From Carcharhinus longimanus (taxonomy: Eukaryota), in NCBI GenBank assembly GCA_030264375.1, contig JASCQW010000132.1, positions 74,291,338 to 74,355,337 on the forward strand: a stretch of 64,000 bases of DNA. The letters are read 5' to 3'. How positions within the stretch are numbered: the stretch's first letter is position 1; the number at the start of each line of letters is the position of its first letter. Of this stretch, positions 22,812 through 36,183 are shown one piece after another. The notes under the pieces are model-generated. The model was not told the DNA's origin. It saw only the letters and a program-made list of their open reading frames with translations, and did not search any database. Both the position numbers and the translations under genes were made by a program.

Positions 22812-25800
22812 AATTCATTTTCACAGGGTGTGGGCATCGCTGGCTAGGCCAGCATTTATTCCCCATCTCTATTAGCCCTTCAAAAGGTGTTGGTGAGATG
22901 CCTTCTTGAATCGTTGCAGTCCCTGAGATATACAGTGCAATTTGGAGCAAGTTCCAGTATTTTAACCCAGTGACAGTGAAGGAACAGTGATATACTTCAA
23001 AGTCAAGATGATGAGTGACTTGGAGGGGAAATTCCATGGGGTGCTTTTCTGAGGCATCCACTGCTTTTGTCCTTCTAGTAGTGGTTGTGGGTTTGGAAAG
23101 TGCTGCCTAGGGAATCTTGGTGAGTTTCTGCAGTGTGTCATGTAGATGGTACGTGTGGCTGCCACAGTTCATCACAGTAGGGGGAGTGCATGTTTGTAGA
23201 AAGGGGTCACTATCAAGAAGGATTGAATGATGTTAATCTTATTTAATATTGTTGGAGCTACACCCATCCAAGCAAGTTGGGAGTATTCCATTATACTCCT
23301 GACTTGTACATTGTAGATGGTGGACATATTTTGGGGTATCAGGAAGTTAATTACTTGCCACAACATTCCTAGCATTTGACCTGCTCTGGTAGCCAAAGTA
23401 TTTATGTAGCTAGTCCAGTTCAGTTTCTGGTCAATGATAATCCCCATGATGTTGATGATAGGGGGGTTCAACAAAGATAATGTCTTTGAATGTCAAGGGG
23501 CAATGGTTAGATCCTCTCTTTTTGGAGCTGGACATTGCCTGGCACTTGTATGACATGAATGCTACTTGCCACTTGTCAGTCCAAGCCTGGATATTGTCCA
23601 GGTCTCACTGCATTTGGACATGAACTGGGGAGTAGCAAACAGTGCTGAATATTGTGCATTCATCAGCAAACAACCCCACTTATGACCTTATGATGGAAGG
23701 AAGGTCATCGATGAAGATGGTTGGGCCTAGGACTCTGAGAAATTCTTGCAGTGATGTCCTGGAGCTGAGATAATTGATCTCCAACCACCACAANNNNNNN
23801 NNNNNNNNNNNNNNNNNNNNNNNNNNNNNNNNNNNNNNNNNNNNNNNNNNNNNNNNNNNNNNNNNNNNNNNNNNNNNNNNNNNNNNNNNNNNNATCATCT
23901 TCCTTTATGCCAGGTACGACTCCAATCAGCAGATAGATTTCCTGGATTCCCATTGATTCCAGTTTTGTTAGAGCTCCTTGATGCCATACTTAATCAAATG
24001 CTGCCTTGATGTTAAGGGCTGTCATTCTCACCTCACCTCTGGCATTCAGCTGTTTTGTCCGGATTTGAACCAAGGCTCTGATGAAGACGGAGCTGAGTGA
24101 CTCTGGTGAAACCCAACTACCAGTGAACAGGTTTATGCTGAGTGAGTGCCACTTGATAGCACTGTTAATGACCCCTTCTATCATTTATCTGATTATCGAG
24201 AGTAGATTGACGGGGTGGTAATTGGATGGCTTGGATTTGTACTGCTTTTTGTGTACGGGACATAACCTGGGCGAATTTTGCACATTACTGGATAGATGCC
24301 AGTGTTGTAGCTGTACAGCTGGGCTAAGGGCACAACAAGTTCTGGAGCACAAGTCTTCAGAACTATTGCTGGAATAATGTCAGGGCCAATTGCCGTTTCA
24401 GTATCCACTAGCTTCAGCCCTTTCGTTATATCACATGGAGTGAAATGAATTGGCTGAAGACTGACATCTGTGATGCTTGGGACCTCCAGAAGAGGCCGAG
24501 ACTGATCATCTACTTGGCACTTCCGGTTGAAGATTGTTGCGAATGCTTCAGTCTTGGGGCTGATTCTCTCAAGGGGGGTGACCCCCCCACTTGGGAGGGA
24601 TCACATGGCCAGCAATGCGAGGTTGCAGAGCTGATCAGCAATCAAGCTGGTTAATGATTGGAAGGCCGGCAGTGCAGGGCAACTGTGTATGCACCGATCT
24701 CCGCTCTGATAGAGCGTGCACAATGACCTGCTCAGCACTATGCTTCCAGCCTCTCTAGCGGGAATGGGCCCCACCCACTGATTTTTGAAGTGATTCATGC
24801 TATTGTACTCTGTGATGCACATAATGTGGGAGATTCATTTTGAAAATACCACTAAAGAAAACCAGCAGGATTTACTCCAGCTTTTATGCATATTTAGCAC
24901 TTCGAATTTTTTGGGGAGAATCCCAGCCCTTATCTTTTGTACTGATGTGCTGGTCTCCTCCACCATTGAGGACGGGGATATTTGTGGAGCCTCCTCCTCC
25001 AGTGAGTTGTTTAACTGTTCGTCACCATTCTCAGCTGGATATGGAAGGACTGCAGAGCTTAGATCTGATCCATTCGTTGGGGATTGCTTAGCTCTATTAC
25101 TTGTTGTTTATGCAGTTTGACAATCAAGTAGTCCTGTGTTTTAGCTTCACCTCACTTTTAGGTCTGCTTGGTGTTGCTCCTGGCATGCCGTCCTGCACTC
25201 CTCATTGAACCAGAGTTGGTACTTGGTTTGGTGGTAGTGGTAGAGTGGATGATATGTTGGGCCTTGAGGTTGTAGATTGTGCTGGAGTACAATTCTGTTG
25301 CTGCTGATGGCCCACAATGCCTCATGGAGGCCCAGTCTTGAGCAGCTAGATCTGTTCAAAGCCTAACGTATTTAGCACAGTGGTAATGCCACACAATATG
25401 AAGAAAGGTATCTTAAATGTGAAGAGAGTACTTTGTCTCCACAAAAATTGTGTGGTGTTCACTCCTACCAATCCTTTCATGGACAGATGAATCTGCAGCA
25501 GGCAGATGAAGTCAAGTATGTTTTTCCCTCTTGGTTACTTCACAACCCTCAGCAGTTCCGACTATGCGGTTATATCCTTTAAGATCCAGCCAGCTCAGTC
25601 CGTGGTGGTACTACAGAGCCACGCTTGTGATAGACATTGAAGTTCCCCACCCAGAGTACATTCTGCGCCCTTGCTACCCTCAATACTTCCTCCAAGTGGT
25701 GTTCAACATGGAGGACTACTAATTCATCAGTGAGTGGAGACGGTCTGTTGTAATCAGCAGAAGGCTTCTTTGCCCATGCTTGACATGGTGCCATGAAAAT

Positions 25801-26035
25801 TCATGGGGTCCTGAGTCAATGTTGAGGATTCACAGGGCAACTCTCTCCCAACTGTATACCACTGTGCCATCAGCTCTACTGGGTCTGTCCTGCCAGTGAC
25901 ACGGGACATACCCAGGGATAGTGATGGCGGTGTCTGGGATATTAGTTACATGATATAATTCTGTCTGTATGACTATGTCTGGCTCTTGATTGACTGGTCT
26001 TTCAATTTTGGCTCAAACACCTAGATGTTAGTAGT
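22812..26035 (-). mobile_element. CR1/L2-like LINE (family B), long copy with APE endonuclease and RT remnants
   Basis: APE-like LHVEHHLEEVLRVARAQNVLWVGNFNV; RT-like GPDIIPAIVLKTCAPEL, ALNIKAAFD and IDQKLNWTSYIN; tail ...aataaatgctggcctagccagcgatgcccaca. Confidence 0.9.
24557..24929. mobile_element. Harbinger-type MITE inserted in the LINE
   Basis: TIRs gggctgattctc / gagaatcccagccc with flanks ttg/tta; the LINE sequence rejoins across it. Confidence 0.8.
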
Positions 26036-27099
26036 TCAGTTAATTTTTAAATATTCTCGCACTAAATTTCTACTTTGGAGTTTGCTGCAACCTTCCATGG
26101 AGTCTCTTACCTCTGCCTCAAGCAGTTCACTTGCTAATTCATATAAAATTCAACTAATTAATAAAGCTTAATAAATATTTGCCTCCTTGTGCTAGGTTGT
26201 CAAATGTGTACAAATATTTAGGTTTATCTTCCCCAAAAGCCATTCCAAGGTGATAACTTGAAAGTTTTAGGTCTCTTGGTAAATAAGCAGAACATTAAGT
26301 GCATTTTGACTGCAGTAAAGATTAGGATGAACTATTGCTGCAATTCCCCTGCCACCTATTACCAGAGCAATTTGTCACAATCTGTGACAGCCCCTTAGGT
26401 CTGAACTAAACTAGGACTCAAAGAGATCCAAGAAATGTTTCTGGTTATTTTGCTTGTTGAACCTGGCTGGTTGCAACAAGCAAACACAAGGAGAAAAAAA
26501 AAATTGTTACATCACTGAAGAATTTTGGCACAATGAAATGGTAACCAGAGATGAAATATACAGTTCTGCATAAATCATTTTGCATGAGAAGAAAGATGGC
26601 TTATTTTACGGCGTAATTAAGTGAGGATACAATTCTCACTTTGAAATGTATGGATGGGTTAATGGGGATTGGTTGCAAATAGAATATTGAATGAATTGAT
26701 ATCACCTTTACAATTTATACTCAGGTAAGGGAAAAATCCCTGGAAAATATTTATTTATAAAAGGGGGTTTGTGAGATTTGGCATTTTCATTAAAAAGATT
26801 TGTGGGATGTAGAAATTTGGAACCACTGCCCTAATATCACTCTTTTCAATTTTTCCCTGTATTTCTACTGGCTATTAGCCTGCTTGACAATGGTGATATT
26901 CATCCTGCTCTGCTCTCTCTCCCTGCTCCTCCTCCTCTGTGGACCTACAGTGCCACTGCACCTTTTATTAGGCTTTGCTATCGTTCAGTTTTCAGTTTTC
27001 CTGGCCTGATGTGAAAAAAAGTCAAAGTAAGTCAAGAGGAGGAACTGACTGGAATTAGTATTAATTTTACGAAATAATGATGGAGAAATTGACAAGACT

Positions 27100-27345
27100 T
27101 TACGCAAGGATATTTTGGCCTTGGAGGGAGTGCAGAGGAGGTTTACTAGGCTGATGCCGGAGTTGAGGGGGTTGANNNNNNNNNNNNNNNNNNNNNNNNN
27201 NNNNNNNNNNNNNNNNNNNNNNNNNNNNNNNNNNNNNNNNNNNNNNNNNNNNNNNNNNNNNNNNNNNNNNNNNNNGAATGGCGGGGCAGGCTCGAAGGGC
27301 TAGATGGCCTACTCCTGCTCCTATTTCTTATGTTCTTATGTTCTT
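27100..27345 (+). mobile_element. Young CR1 3' end (gap inside)
   Basis: ALEGVQRRFTRLMPELRGL; tail cctgctcctatttcttatgttcttatg. Confidence 0.88.
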
Positions 27346-27625
27346 ATTAAAAGGCGTACGAAACAAATTGTTGAAGGATTTTCATGATCTTCCGAAAGTC
27401 TTTCAATTCAGAAATTGTCCCTTTGGATTGGGAAATTGCTCATGTCACTCTACTATTGAAGAATTATAAGAGAGATAAACTAGGAAATTCTAGGCCTATT
27501 AATCTATCATTTGATGTGGAGAAACTACTCGTATCTGTTATGAGGTGATCAGACAGCCAATGTTTATGTGTTAAGGGTGAATTATATCCAACAAACCTAG
27601 TTGAATATTTTGGCACAGTAATGAT

Positions 27626-28276
27626 TTTTAATTCATTCACAAGATGCGAGCTTCACTGGCTAAGCTAGCATTTATCACCCATCCCTAATTGCACTTGAGA
27701 AAATGGCGGTGAGTTGCCTTCTTGTACTGTTGCAGTCCATGTGGTGTAGGTACACCAACAGTGCTGTTAAAGAGAAAGTTTCAGGATTTTGACCCAATGA
27801 CAGTGAAGGAACAGACATATATTTCCAAATCAGGGTGGTGACTGACTTGGAAGGAAACCTCCAGATGGAGTTGTTCCCAGACATCTTCTACCTTCCTCCT
27901 TCTACCTGGTAGTGGTCATGGGTTTGAAAGTGCTGCCTAAGGGCATTGTTGAGTTCCTGCAGTGCAACTTGGAGATGGTATACACTGCTACCACTATGCA
28001 TCAGTGGTAGAGGGAGTGAATGTTTGTGGAACGGGTGCCAATCAAGTGGGCTGCTTTGTCCTAGATGGTGTTGAGCTTCTTCAATGTTGTTGGAGTTGCA
28101 CTCATCCAGGCAAGTAAAGATTATTCCATCACATTCCTGACTTATACCTTGTAGATGATGGACAGTTCTTCGGGATTCAAGAGCTGAGTTAATCACCGCA
28201 GGATTCATAGCCTTTGGCCTGCTTTTGTAGCCACAATAATTATATGGCAAGTCCAATACAGTTTCTGATCAATGGT
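27626..28276 (-). mobile_element. CR1/L2-like LINE (family B) 3' end
   Basis: Colinear with 22812-23440. Confidence 0.88.
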
Positions 28277-28499
28277 ACATAAGGGACAGAGCGTGTCGGC
28301 TATTTGTATGGACTTCCAGATTGCCCTTAGTAAAAGTATAAGAAATTGCAGTATAAGGATTTGAAATCAAGCTATTAAAATGGGCAGTGAATTGCTTAAA
28401 CAGTAGGAGATAGAGTAGGGATAATGTGGACCTGTATTGGGGTCTCATCTTTTCGTTATATTTAGAAATGACTTGGATGAAGGAAAAGAGCACTATATA

Positions 28500-28578
28500 C
28501 ATAGAATCTTGACAGTGCAGAAGGAGGCCGTTCAGCCCATTGAGTCTGCACTGACTGTCTGAAAGAGCATCTTACCCA
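28500..28578 (-). mobile_element. V-SINE/CR1 tail fragment
   Basis: atagaatcttgacagtgcagaaggaggccgttcagccc. Confidence 0.7.
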
Positions 28579-29184
28579 GAGCTGTGGGAGAACAGAGAGA
28601 TTTAAGGTACAAATATTCTGAAATGTAATTAAACAGTGTAACAGGCTCAAGGAACTGAATGACCCAGCATTCAAAACCTACAAGAAAAGCAAGAGGTAAG
28701 CTAATGTGCTGAAAACAAGAAGGAAATTCCCCCTTGTAATATGTCAGTCAGCAGTTAATATGGTGGAGTTCTAGGTCTCTAAATAGTAAATAAGACATAA
28801 AACTTTGATGAACCAAATATGTTTATATTAATAATATAGTTATATTATGAATATTTAAATGCATGCTTAAAATGTCTTTTGAATTTTAATAATCTTTTCA
28901 TTCTGGACACAGATATTTTCTGGGTTATTTTTCAGTCTCCTTCAGTGGAATTTTCCAGCCTGAGTGAAAACAAGTCACAAGAGTGTAAGTCTTCCAATCA
29001 TGAAATGTGCCCAAAAATTAAATCACTTTTTTTAACCACATCTGACCTCTTAAAAAAGTGTACACTTTTAGCACAACACCACATGTATTTTGGTGAAATG
29101 TTGAATGCGAATGGAGTAGAACTGACACCATGACATGAACTCCCTGTCAAACATCACACTGAGTCCATTTCCACAAAAGCGGAA

Positions 29185-29332
29185 ATCAAATTCAGGAAGC
29201 ATAGTAGGGGGCATGCTGCGGTCTACATCAACAGGGATGAAGTGGAAATAATCAAGAGCTTCAAGTTTCTGTGTGTCCAGATCACCAACAACCTGTCCTG
29301 GTCCCTCCATGCCAACATAATAGTTAAGAAAA
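29185..29332 (+). mobile_element. Rex1/Babar LINE RT fragment
   Basis: FRKHSRGHAAVYINRDEVEIIKSFKFLCVQITNNLSWSLHANIIVKK. Confidence 0.8.
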
Positions 29333-29460
29333 AGGCATAATACTGCAGACGCTAGAACCTAAGACAAAGAGAAAAAAACATCTCAGCAAGTCTGGCAGCA
29401 TCTGTGAAGAGAGAGTGGAGCCAACATTTTGAGTCTGGATGATCCTTCATCAGAGCTCAA
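29333..29460 (-). mobile_element. Penelope-like terminal repeat fragment with a decayed hammerhead core
   Basis: Minus strand reads ctgatgaaggatcatccagactcaaaatgttgg...cacagatgctgccagacttgctgag; similar to 50783-50895. Confidence 0.65.
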
Positions 29461-29463
29461 GTT

Positions 29464-30228
29464 AANNNNNNNNNNNNNNNNNNNNNNNNNNNNNNNNNNN
29501 NNNNNNNNNNNNNNNNNNNNNNNNNNNNNNNNNNNNNNNNNNNNNNNNNNNNNNNNNNNNNNNNNTTCCTCATATAACAAGCTCTTCATTCCAGGGATCA
29601 TTCTTGTGAACCTCCTCTGGACCCTTTCCAAGGCCAGCACATCCTTCCTAAGATATAGGGCCCAAAATTACTCACAATACTTCAAATGGGGTCCGACCAG
29701 AGCCGTCCATCCCTGCTCTTGTATTCTAGCCTTCTCGACATGAACGCTAATATTGAATTTGCCTTCCTAACTGTCGACTGAACCTGCATGTTAACCTGAA
29801 GAGAATTTTGAGCAAGAACTCCCAAGCCCCTTTGTGTTTCTGATTTCTTAAGAATTTCACCATTTAGAAAATGGTCTATGCCTCCATTTCTCTTTCCAAA
29901 GTGCATAACCTCACATTTTTCCACATTGTTTTCCATCTGCCACTTCTTTGCTCATTCCCCTAACCTATCCAAGTCCTTTTGCAGCCCCTGCTTTCTCAAT
30001 ATTACCTGTCCCTCTACATATCTTTGTATCATCTGCAAATTTAGCCACAGTGCCTTCAGTTCCTTCCTCCAAATCGCTCATGTATATTATGAAAAGGTGT
30101 GGTCCCAGCACTGATCCCTGAGGCACACCACTAGTCATTGGCTGCCATTCTAAAAAAGACCCCTTTATACCCACTCTCTACCTTCTGCCAGTCAGCCAAT
30201 CCTCTACCCATGTCAGGATCTTACCCTC
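29464..30228 (-). mobile_element. CR1 LINE RT/3' region
   Basis: SGVPQGSVLGP, KFADDTK, KCEVMHFG and LERVQRRFTRMIPG. Confidence 0.92.
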
Positions 30229-30597
30229 TAATCCACTGACTCCATCTACACTTCCTGTTGCCTTAGAAAAGAAGCCAGCATAATCAAGGACCCCACACAT
30301 CTTGGACATAGTGTCTTCCATCAGGAAAAAGATACAAAGTCTGAGATCACATACAACTAACTCAAAAGTATTTTATTCCCTACTGCCATCAGACTTTTGA
30401 ATGGACCTACCTTATATTAAGTTGATCTATCTCTACATCCTAGCTATAACTGGAACACTATACTCCGCACTCTGTCTTTTCCTTTTTCCCTATGTATCCT
30501 ATGAACAGTATGTTTTGCCCATATAGTGCACAACAAAAAATACTTCCCACTATATACCAATACATATGACAATAATAAATCAAAACAAATCAAAAAA
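30229..30597 (+). mobile_element. Rex1/Babar LINE 3' end
   Basis: IIKDPTH...FPTAIRLLN; tail tgacaataataaatcaaa. Confidence 0.85.
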
Positions 30598-30705
30598 GGT
30601 GTTGACTTTTTATGTCAGTGTTTCAAGGCTTCCACAACTTTTCCACTGAAGTGGTGGCAGATGGGTGGGAAACAAACTCCATGTAATTTCATCTGCTGTC
30701 TGGTG

Positions 30706-31034
30706 TCATAGAATCATAGAATGCCTACAGTGCAGAAGGAGGCCATTCAGGCCCATCGAGTCTGCATTGACCATAATCCCACCCAAGCCCTAACCCCATA
30801 ACTCCATGCATTTATCCCAGCTAGCACCCTGACACTACAGGGCAATTTAGCATAGCCAATCCACTTAACCCACACATCCTAGGACTGTGGGAGGAAACTG
30901 GAGCACCCGGAGGAAACCCAAGCGGATACGGGGAAAATGTGCAAACGCCAAACAGATAGTGACCTGAGGCTGGAATTGAACCTGGGTCCCTGGTGCTGTG
31001 AGGCAGCAGTGCTAACCACTGTCCTATCATGCCG
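30706..31034 (-). mobile_element. HE1/V-SINE, tail type A
   Basis: Full-length, with a (tctatgat) tail. Confidence 0.92.
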
Positions 31035-31039
31035 GCCTG

Positions 31040-31152
31040 CCTACATAATAATAGTGACTGTGCTTAAGAAAGGAATTCATTGCACGTGCAATAACTTTGA
31101 GAAGTCCCGGGGTTATGATAAAACATTAACAAATCAAGTTCCTTTTCCTTTA
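31040..31152 (+). mobile_element. SacSINE1/Deu-SINE-like 3' tail fragment
   Basis: Similar to 51195-51295. Confidence 0.5.
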
Positions 31153-32069
31153 ACCTTCAAGTCAATTATTGTCGCCCTGTAGTTACAGTGTTACACCTCA
31201 CTTGAGGCAGATTTGTGTATCTGGCTTTATTAACTTAACAATTATCTGTAAAGCTGCATCCATTAAAGTAAATGGTTTTCACAGGTTGAAGGTAAAGAAC
31301 TAAATGTTATTTTAATTCACAATGGTAAGTTTTTCAGCGTTACATTTGTGTTGCAGAAAAACAACAGCTGTGAATAAATGATCACTTTGTTTCATTTTTG
31401 TACAAGAAAAAACAAAACGCTAGAGACTGTTGAATGCTAAAGTTGTGCTGCAGGGAATGACAGTGACTTCTTATTTCTTTATGAATTACGCAATTAGCCT
31501 TTAAAATGCTGTACTTTAAAAATCTCATTATGATCTGTAGATTTAGGCAAAAATCAAAACATGATTAGCAGCGATTCATTATCACATCAAAGAGCATTAT
31601 TTTTGCAAATGAGATGCATTATTTTTCTCATGGTAGGCTCTTTTTTATCTTTAATTGGAATCTGTGCAAACTTCTACATAAACAACATTTAGGACACCAA
31701 GAGGATGCAGCAGTGAAACTCTCCGCGTTAGAGTGCCCAGTTTATCATTTACATTCATATCATGAAACAAGTTTAGACAAAGAAAAAGAGAAAATTTAAA
31801 CAATATTAAAATGAAATAAATGAGACATCTGTGAAATTAAATATTATGGAATCATTGACAAAAATGCACTAAAAGTGAGAATATGTGTGGCAGGAATTAT
31901 GTAAACCAAGTGTAAACTGATTAAAATAGTTCAATTTTCAAAGAGTGGAGTATGAGTAAATGGATGAACATTTCACATTAAGTCAAGATGTGAAACTAAT
32001 TCTGTAAATCTGTTGAGCTGAGGTGCAGTAATCTAGAAAAATAAAGTCAAATGGGCTTCATTGTGACAC

Positions 32070-32605
32070 AATCTGACCCCCAAAGCTTGTCTTCCATCTA
32101 CAAGGCACAAGTCAGGTGTGGATGAAATACTTCCCATTTGCCTGGATAACTACAACTCCAATAACACTTAAGAAGCTCGACAGTATCCGGGACAAAGAAG
32201 CTCGTTTGATTTGCACCCATCCACAAACATTCACTACCTCTACCACTGTCGAACAGTGGCAGCAGTATGTTCAAGATGCAGGAACTTACCAAGACTCCTG
32301 ATGTAGCACCTTCCAAACCCACAGCCGCTGTCTTTAGAAGGACAAGGGCAGCAGATACCTGGGAATACCACCACCTGGAGGTTTCCTCCAAGTCACCCAC
32401 CATCCTGTTTTGGAAATATATCACCATTCCTTCACTGTTGTCATGTCAAAACCCTGGAACTTTCTTTCGAACAACACTATAATTGCACCTATACCTTGGA
32501 TACTGCAAAGGTTCAAGAAGGCACTTCACCACCTTCTGAAAGGCAAATAGGGATGAGCAATAAATGCTGGTTTAGTAATGTCCACATCCTGTAAATGAAT
32601 AAAGA
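32070..32605 (+). mobile_element. CR1/L2-like LINE (family B) 3' end
   Basis: SIYKAQVR..MKYFPFAW...KKLDSIRDK; tail ggatgagcaataaatgctgg. Confidence 0.88.
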
Positions 32606-33134
32606 AAATAATCTGGTCAGAAGTCAGAAAACAGCTTTTTAAAAAATATTTTAGAAATAAATCTAAGGATAAATAGGTTGGTAGAATATTATTTTAGCTT
32701 GAAGGGTTTGCCCTGTTGCATAATTTTCAAGTTTCAATATTTTAAACTATAATTTAATGGGCTGTGCTTGCAGGATGTGAATCCATCAGACAAATGTAAG
32801 GGTTTACTTAATCTATGTATTGGAATTAATATCCGTACTATGCATGGATTAATGTGCATGAATTTTGTTAGCATTATTGGAGTGTTCATTAACATTTTGC
32901 CCATGCTCTCATTAAATTCCTCTAGGCAATATTTGATTCAATACATGTGCATTGTATTGTCAGACTTGCTATTGAAGGTTATCATAAGTTCAAATTTGGG
33001 GATGAGTCCAGAACATTCAGTGCTATTTATGACTCCTCAGATAATGAGGAGTCATAAATATATCCATATATAGCAATATATATAGCTATATATATATCTA
33101 TATATAGCAAAACCTAGATAATATCAGGCTTAGA

Positions 33135-33830
33135 CTAGCAAATAGTAATCATCTCCAACATGAGAATCTAACCAACTCACTTTGACAGTCAATGGTATTA
33201 CCATTGCTGAATCTCCCACTGTCAACATTGTGTGGGTTACCAATGACTTAACTGGACCAGTCATATAAATAGAGTGCCTAGAAGAGCAGATCAGTTACTG
33301 GGAATTCTGCAATTTGTAACTCACCTCCTGAGTTCCCAAAAGCCTGTCTATCCTCTACAAGGCACATGTCTGAAAGCAATATTTCCCACTTGAATCTTAA
33401 CACCACCAACCCCTCTGATTGACATCCCATTCACCAATATCCACTCCCTCCATCACCAAAACATGTGGCAGCATCGTGTACCATCTACTAGATGCATAGA
33501 AACAACTCACCAGGCCTCTTTTGACCGTACTTTCTAAATCAGTGACCTCTAGCATCTAGAAAAACAAGGACAGCAGATTCTTGGGAACACCATCACCTAT
33601 CTGCAAGTTCCCCTCCATATTACATGTCATCCTAATTTGGAACATGTCATTGTTTCTTCACTGTCACTGTGTCAAAATCCTGGAATTCCCTTCTTGACAA
33701 CCGACAACAGATGGACTGCAGTATTTCAAGAAGGCAGCTCACTACCACATTCTCAAGGACAATTAAAAGATGTGCAATAGATGCTGACCTCAGCAGTGAT
33801 AACCATGCACCATGATTGATTAAAAAAAAG
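33135..33830 (+). mobile_element. CR1/L2-like LINE (family B) 3' end, older
   Basis: Colinear with the reverse complement of 22812-23560. Confidence 0.8.
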
Positions 33831-34551
33831 TTATGACTTTGTGGGAGTTCATGGAGTGCCACGGTAGACGTACATATTTGTTCATGCATGGTTTCTAATT
33901 CTGATCAGAATCTTAACAAGAATCAGCTCGTTTGTAGTTCACTGCTACATAACATCAAGCTGATGTCCTGATCGCATGCACCAGGGCTTGAAAGGACTAG
34001 GAAGGAGTCAAAGGTCAGGGGCCTGGGAGTGGGAGGTGATTAATCATCCTACATTTGATTATGCATGTTTAATGGTATTTCCACATTATAAGGCATCATC
34101 AACTACACCCACATTCAAGCCAAGCACCAGTGCTCTTTCCTACAGTGTTCATCAAGAAATAGATCATGAAACATATGCAAATCTGCTTATTTTCAGTAAT
34201 CTGTAGGATGTAAATAAAAGCTTTTGACATAATTTTTAAGCTTAACATTCAACCATTTTGGAAGCTAGAAATAAAGGGTGGAAGAAATGTTTTATTATCA
34301 ATCTCTTAAAATTACACACGCTGAACTCTGAAGCATTTGCAGACAAGCATTATCCGAGGTAACATGGCTATGTTATCAGGCAAGAGGAAGCGATCAGGAT
34401 ACCAATGAGGTTAAACTGAGGCTTTGCCTGATGCAATTTTTCAAAGCCATCTCATCTTCTAGGCTAAAATGAAGTGTTAGATCAAGTCCGGAAGGGGGTG
34501 CAATGTCTCATCCTGTTAGCTTGGATCTTGTTTGATCAAGCCTAAGATGGG

Positions 34552-34678
34552 GGCCAGAATTTAACCCCTACGCCCATTCCGGAATCAGGGAAGGTGAGGC
34601 TCGCAGAATGGAATTCTCCGTTGGCCTCAGGCGGGGTTTTACAAGGCTTGCCCAAGTGAGGTCGTAAAACCACGGCAA
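34552..34678. mobile_element. Harbinger-type MITE
   Basis: gggccagaattt...gtcgtaaaaccacggc; the interior is related to the 36816 MITE. Confidence 0.7.
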
Positions 34679-35867
34679 GGATGTCTATTCTTGTCTTGTC
34701 AGCTTGCATCTGGTTTGTCCTTCATGTGGAGACTCTGATTGGACTTAACTGGCATTTTTGATTAGGAATAAAGTACCAAAAAGGGAAAAAGATAGTTTAG
34801 AGTTTGGTCTGTTAAAAGTTGCCAACTCAGTCACAGCATTTGAATACAAGTGAAGTTCACTGAAAGAAGTTTTAGCAAGATGGACAGATGAAGCAGACTT
34901 TACTTTCACAAAGGTGCAAAAGGCCAATGGATATTATGTCCTGAGGCAATCATGGATAGACTTTAACAACATAACATACAGTCCATCCTTGAAAAAGAAG
35001 TAGAAAAGATGAACATATCAGAGATTTTAGTACAGGTGCAAGAGAACAATTCCGCAGTCTACGGTAGACCTGACCCAGCATCGGTCGGAGGAATCTGATC
35101 GAGTATCGGAAGACTGTCTGTGCCTGAGGAGAGTCTGTAAACAATGGGAATGGCTGCCCTAGGTGACATATTTGAGAATTCTAATGCTAGATGTAGTTGA
35201 AGCATTTACTTGCTGAGAATAGATTAACATTACTAAAGCGTTCATTTTCTGGGAGTAAAGTAACTAAACAGTTGCTCTTTCTTATTATTCATTTATTTTC
35301 TCAATCTGTTAAATCTGTAATAATCTTCTGAAACAATTTTCATTTTCCTGCAGTCATTTCAAATCTGTGCCTGTTTAGCATCTGTAATTGTGGCAACAAA
35401 TAAATTAACACCATTAAGCATAACAACCTTTTGAGTGAATCATCAATTTGTTCTCTTGTTATTTGCAGGTCAGAATGAACTATATGCTTGGGCTTTGAAT
35501 CCTTATTGCTGTGTGTTGCTTGTCAGATATGCAAGCCAAGTTGTTTGGTTTTCAACGGATTTGAATATAAATCTCTAATTGTAAACTATGAAAAATAACA
35601 TTTTATGTTACATAGACTCAAAAGCTATTTAGAATAAATTTTACTTTTGTCAGGTGTTGACATCAAAACTCAATTGGTTTAGAACACCCACAAACATTTA
35701 AGTTATATATAACCACCAACATTTAATCCTACAATAAACATTCTCAAGAATTTCCATCACATTTATATTTTGGAAAATCATGGGTAACCCATTCAAGGTA
35801 TCAAGGTTACAAAGCAAGGATTGTTTCATTCCTCAACATTGCCATCCTGCATAATAATTAAGTTGTT

Positions 35868-36183
35868 AAAATTTATTAGTGTCACAAGTAGGCTTACATT
35901 AACACTGTAATGAAGTTACTGTGAAAATCCCCTAATTGCCACATTCTGGCATCTGTTCGGGTACACTGTGGGAGAACTTAGCATGATCAATGCACCTAAC
36001 CAGCATGTCTTTCAGACAGTGGGAAGAAACCGGAGGTCCCAGAGGAAACCCAGGCAGACACAGGGAGAACATGCAGACTCCGCATAGACAGTGACCCAAG
36101 CTGGCAATTAAATCCAGGTCCCTGGTGCTGTGAGGCAGCATATGACTCGCTGTTAATGTGGCAGCTAACCATTGTGCCACCCT
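35868..36183 (-). mobile_element. HE1/V-SINE, tail type B
   Basis: Same tail as 3464 and 49525, with a small insertion in the head. Confidence 0.9.

Noticed and set aside
33060-33110. AT-rich palindromic stretch (similar ones at about 3215-3260, 40195-40240 and 46255-46290)
   Set aside because: Simple-repeat slippage with no spacer structure, so not CRISPR-like.
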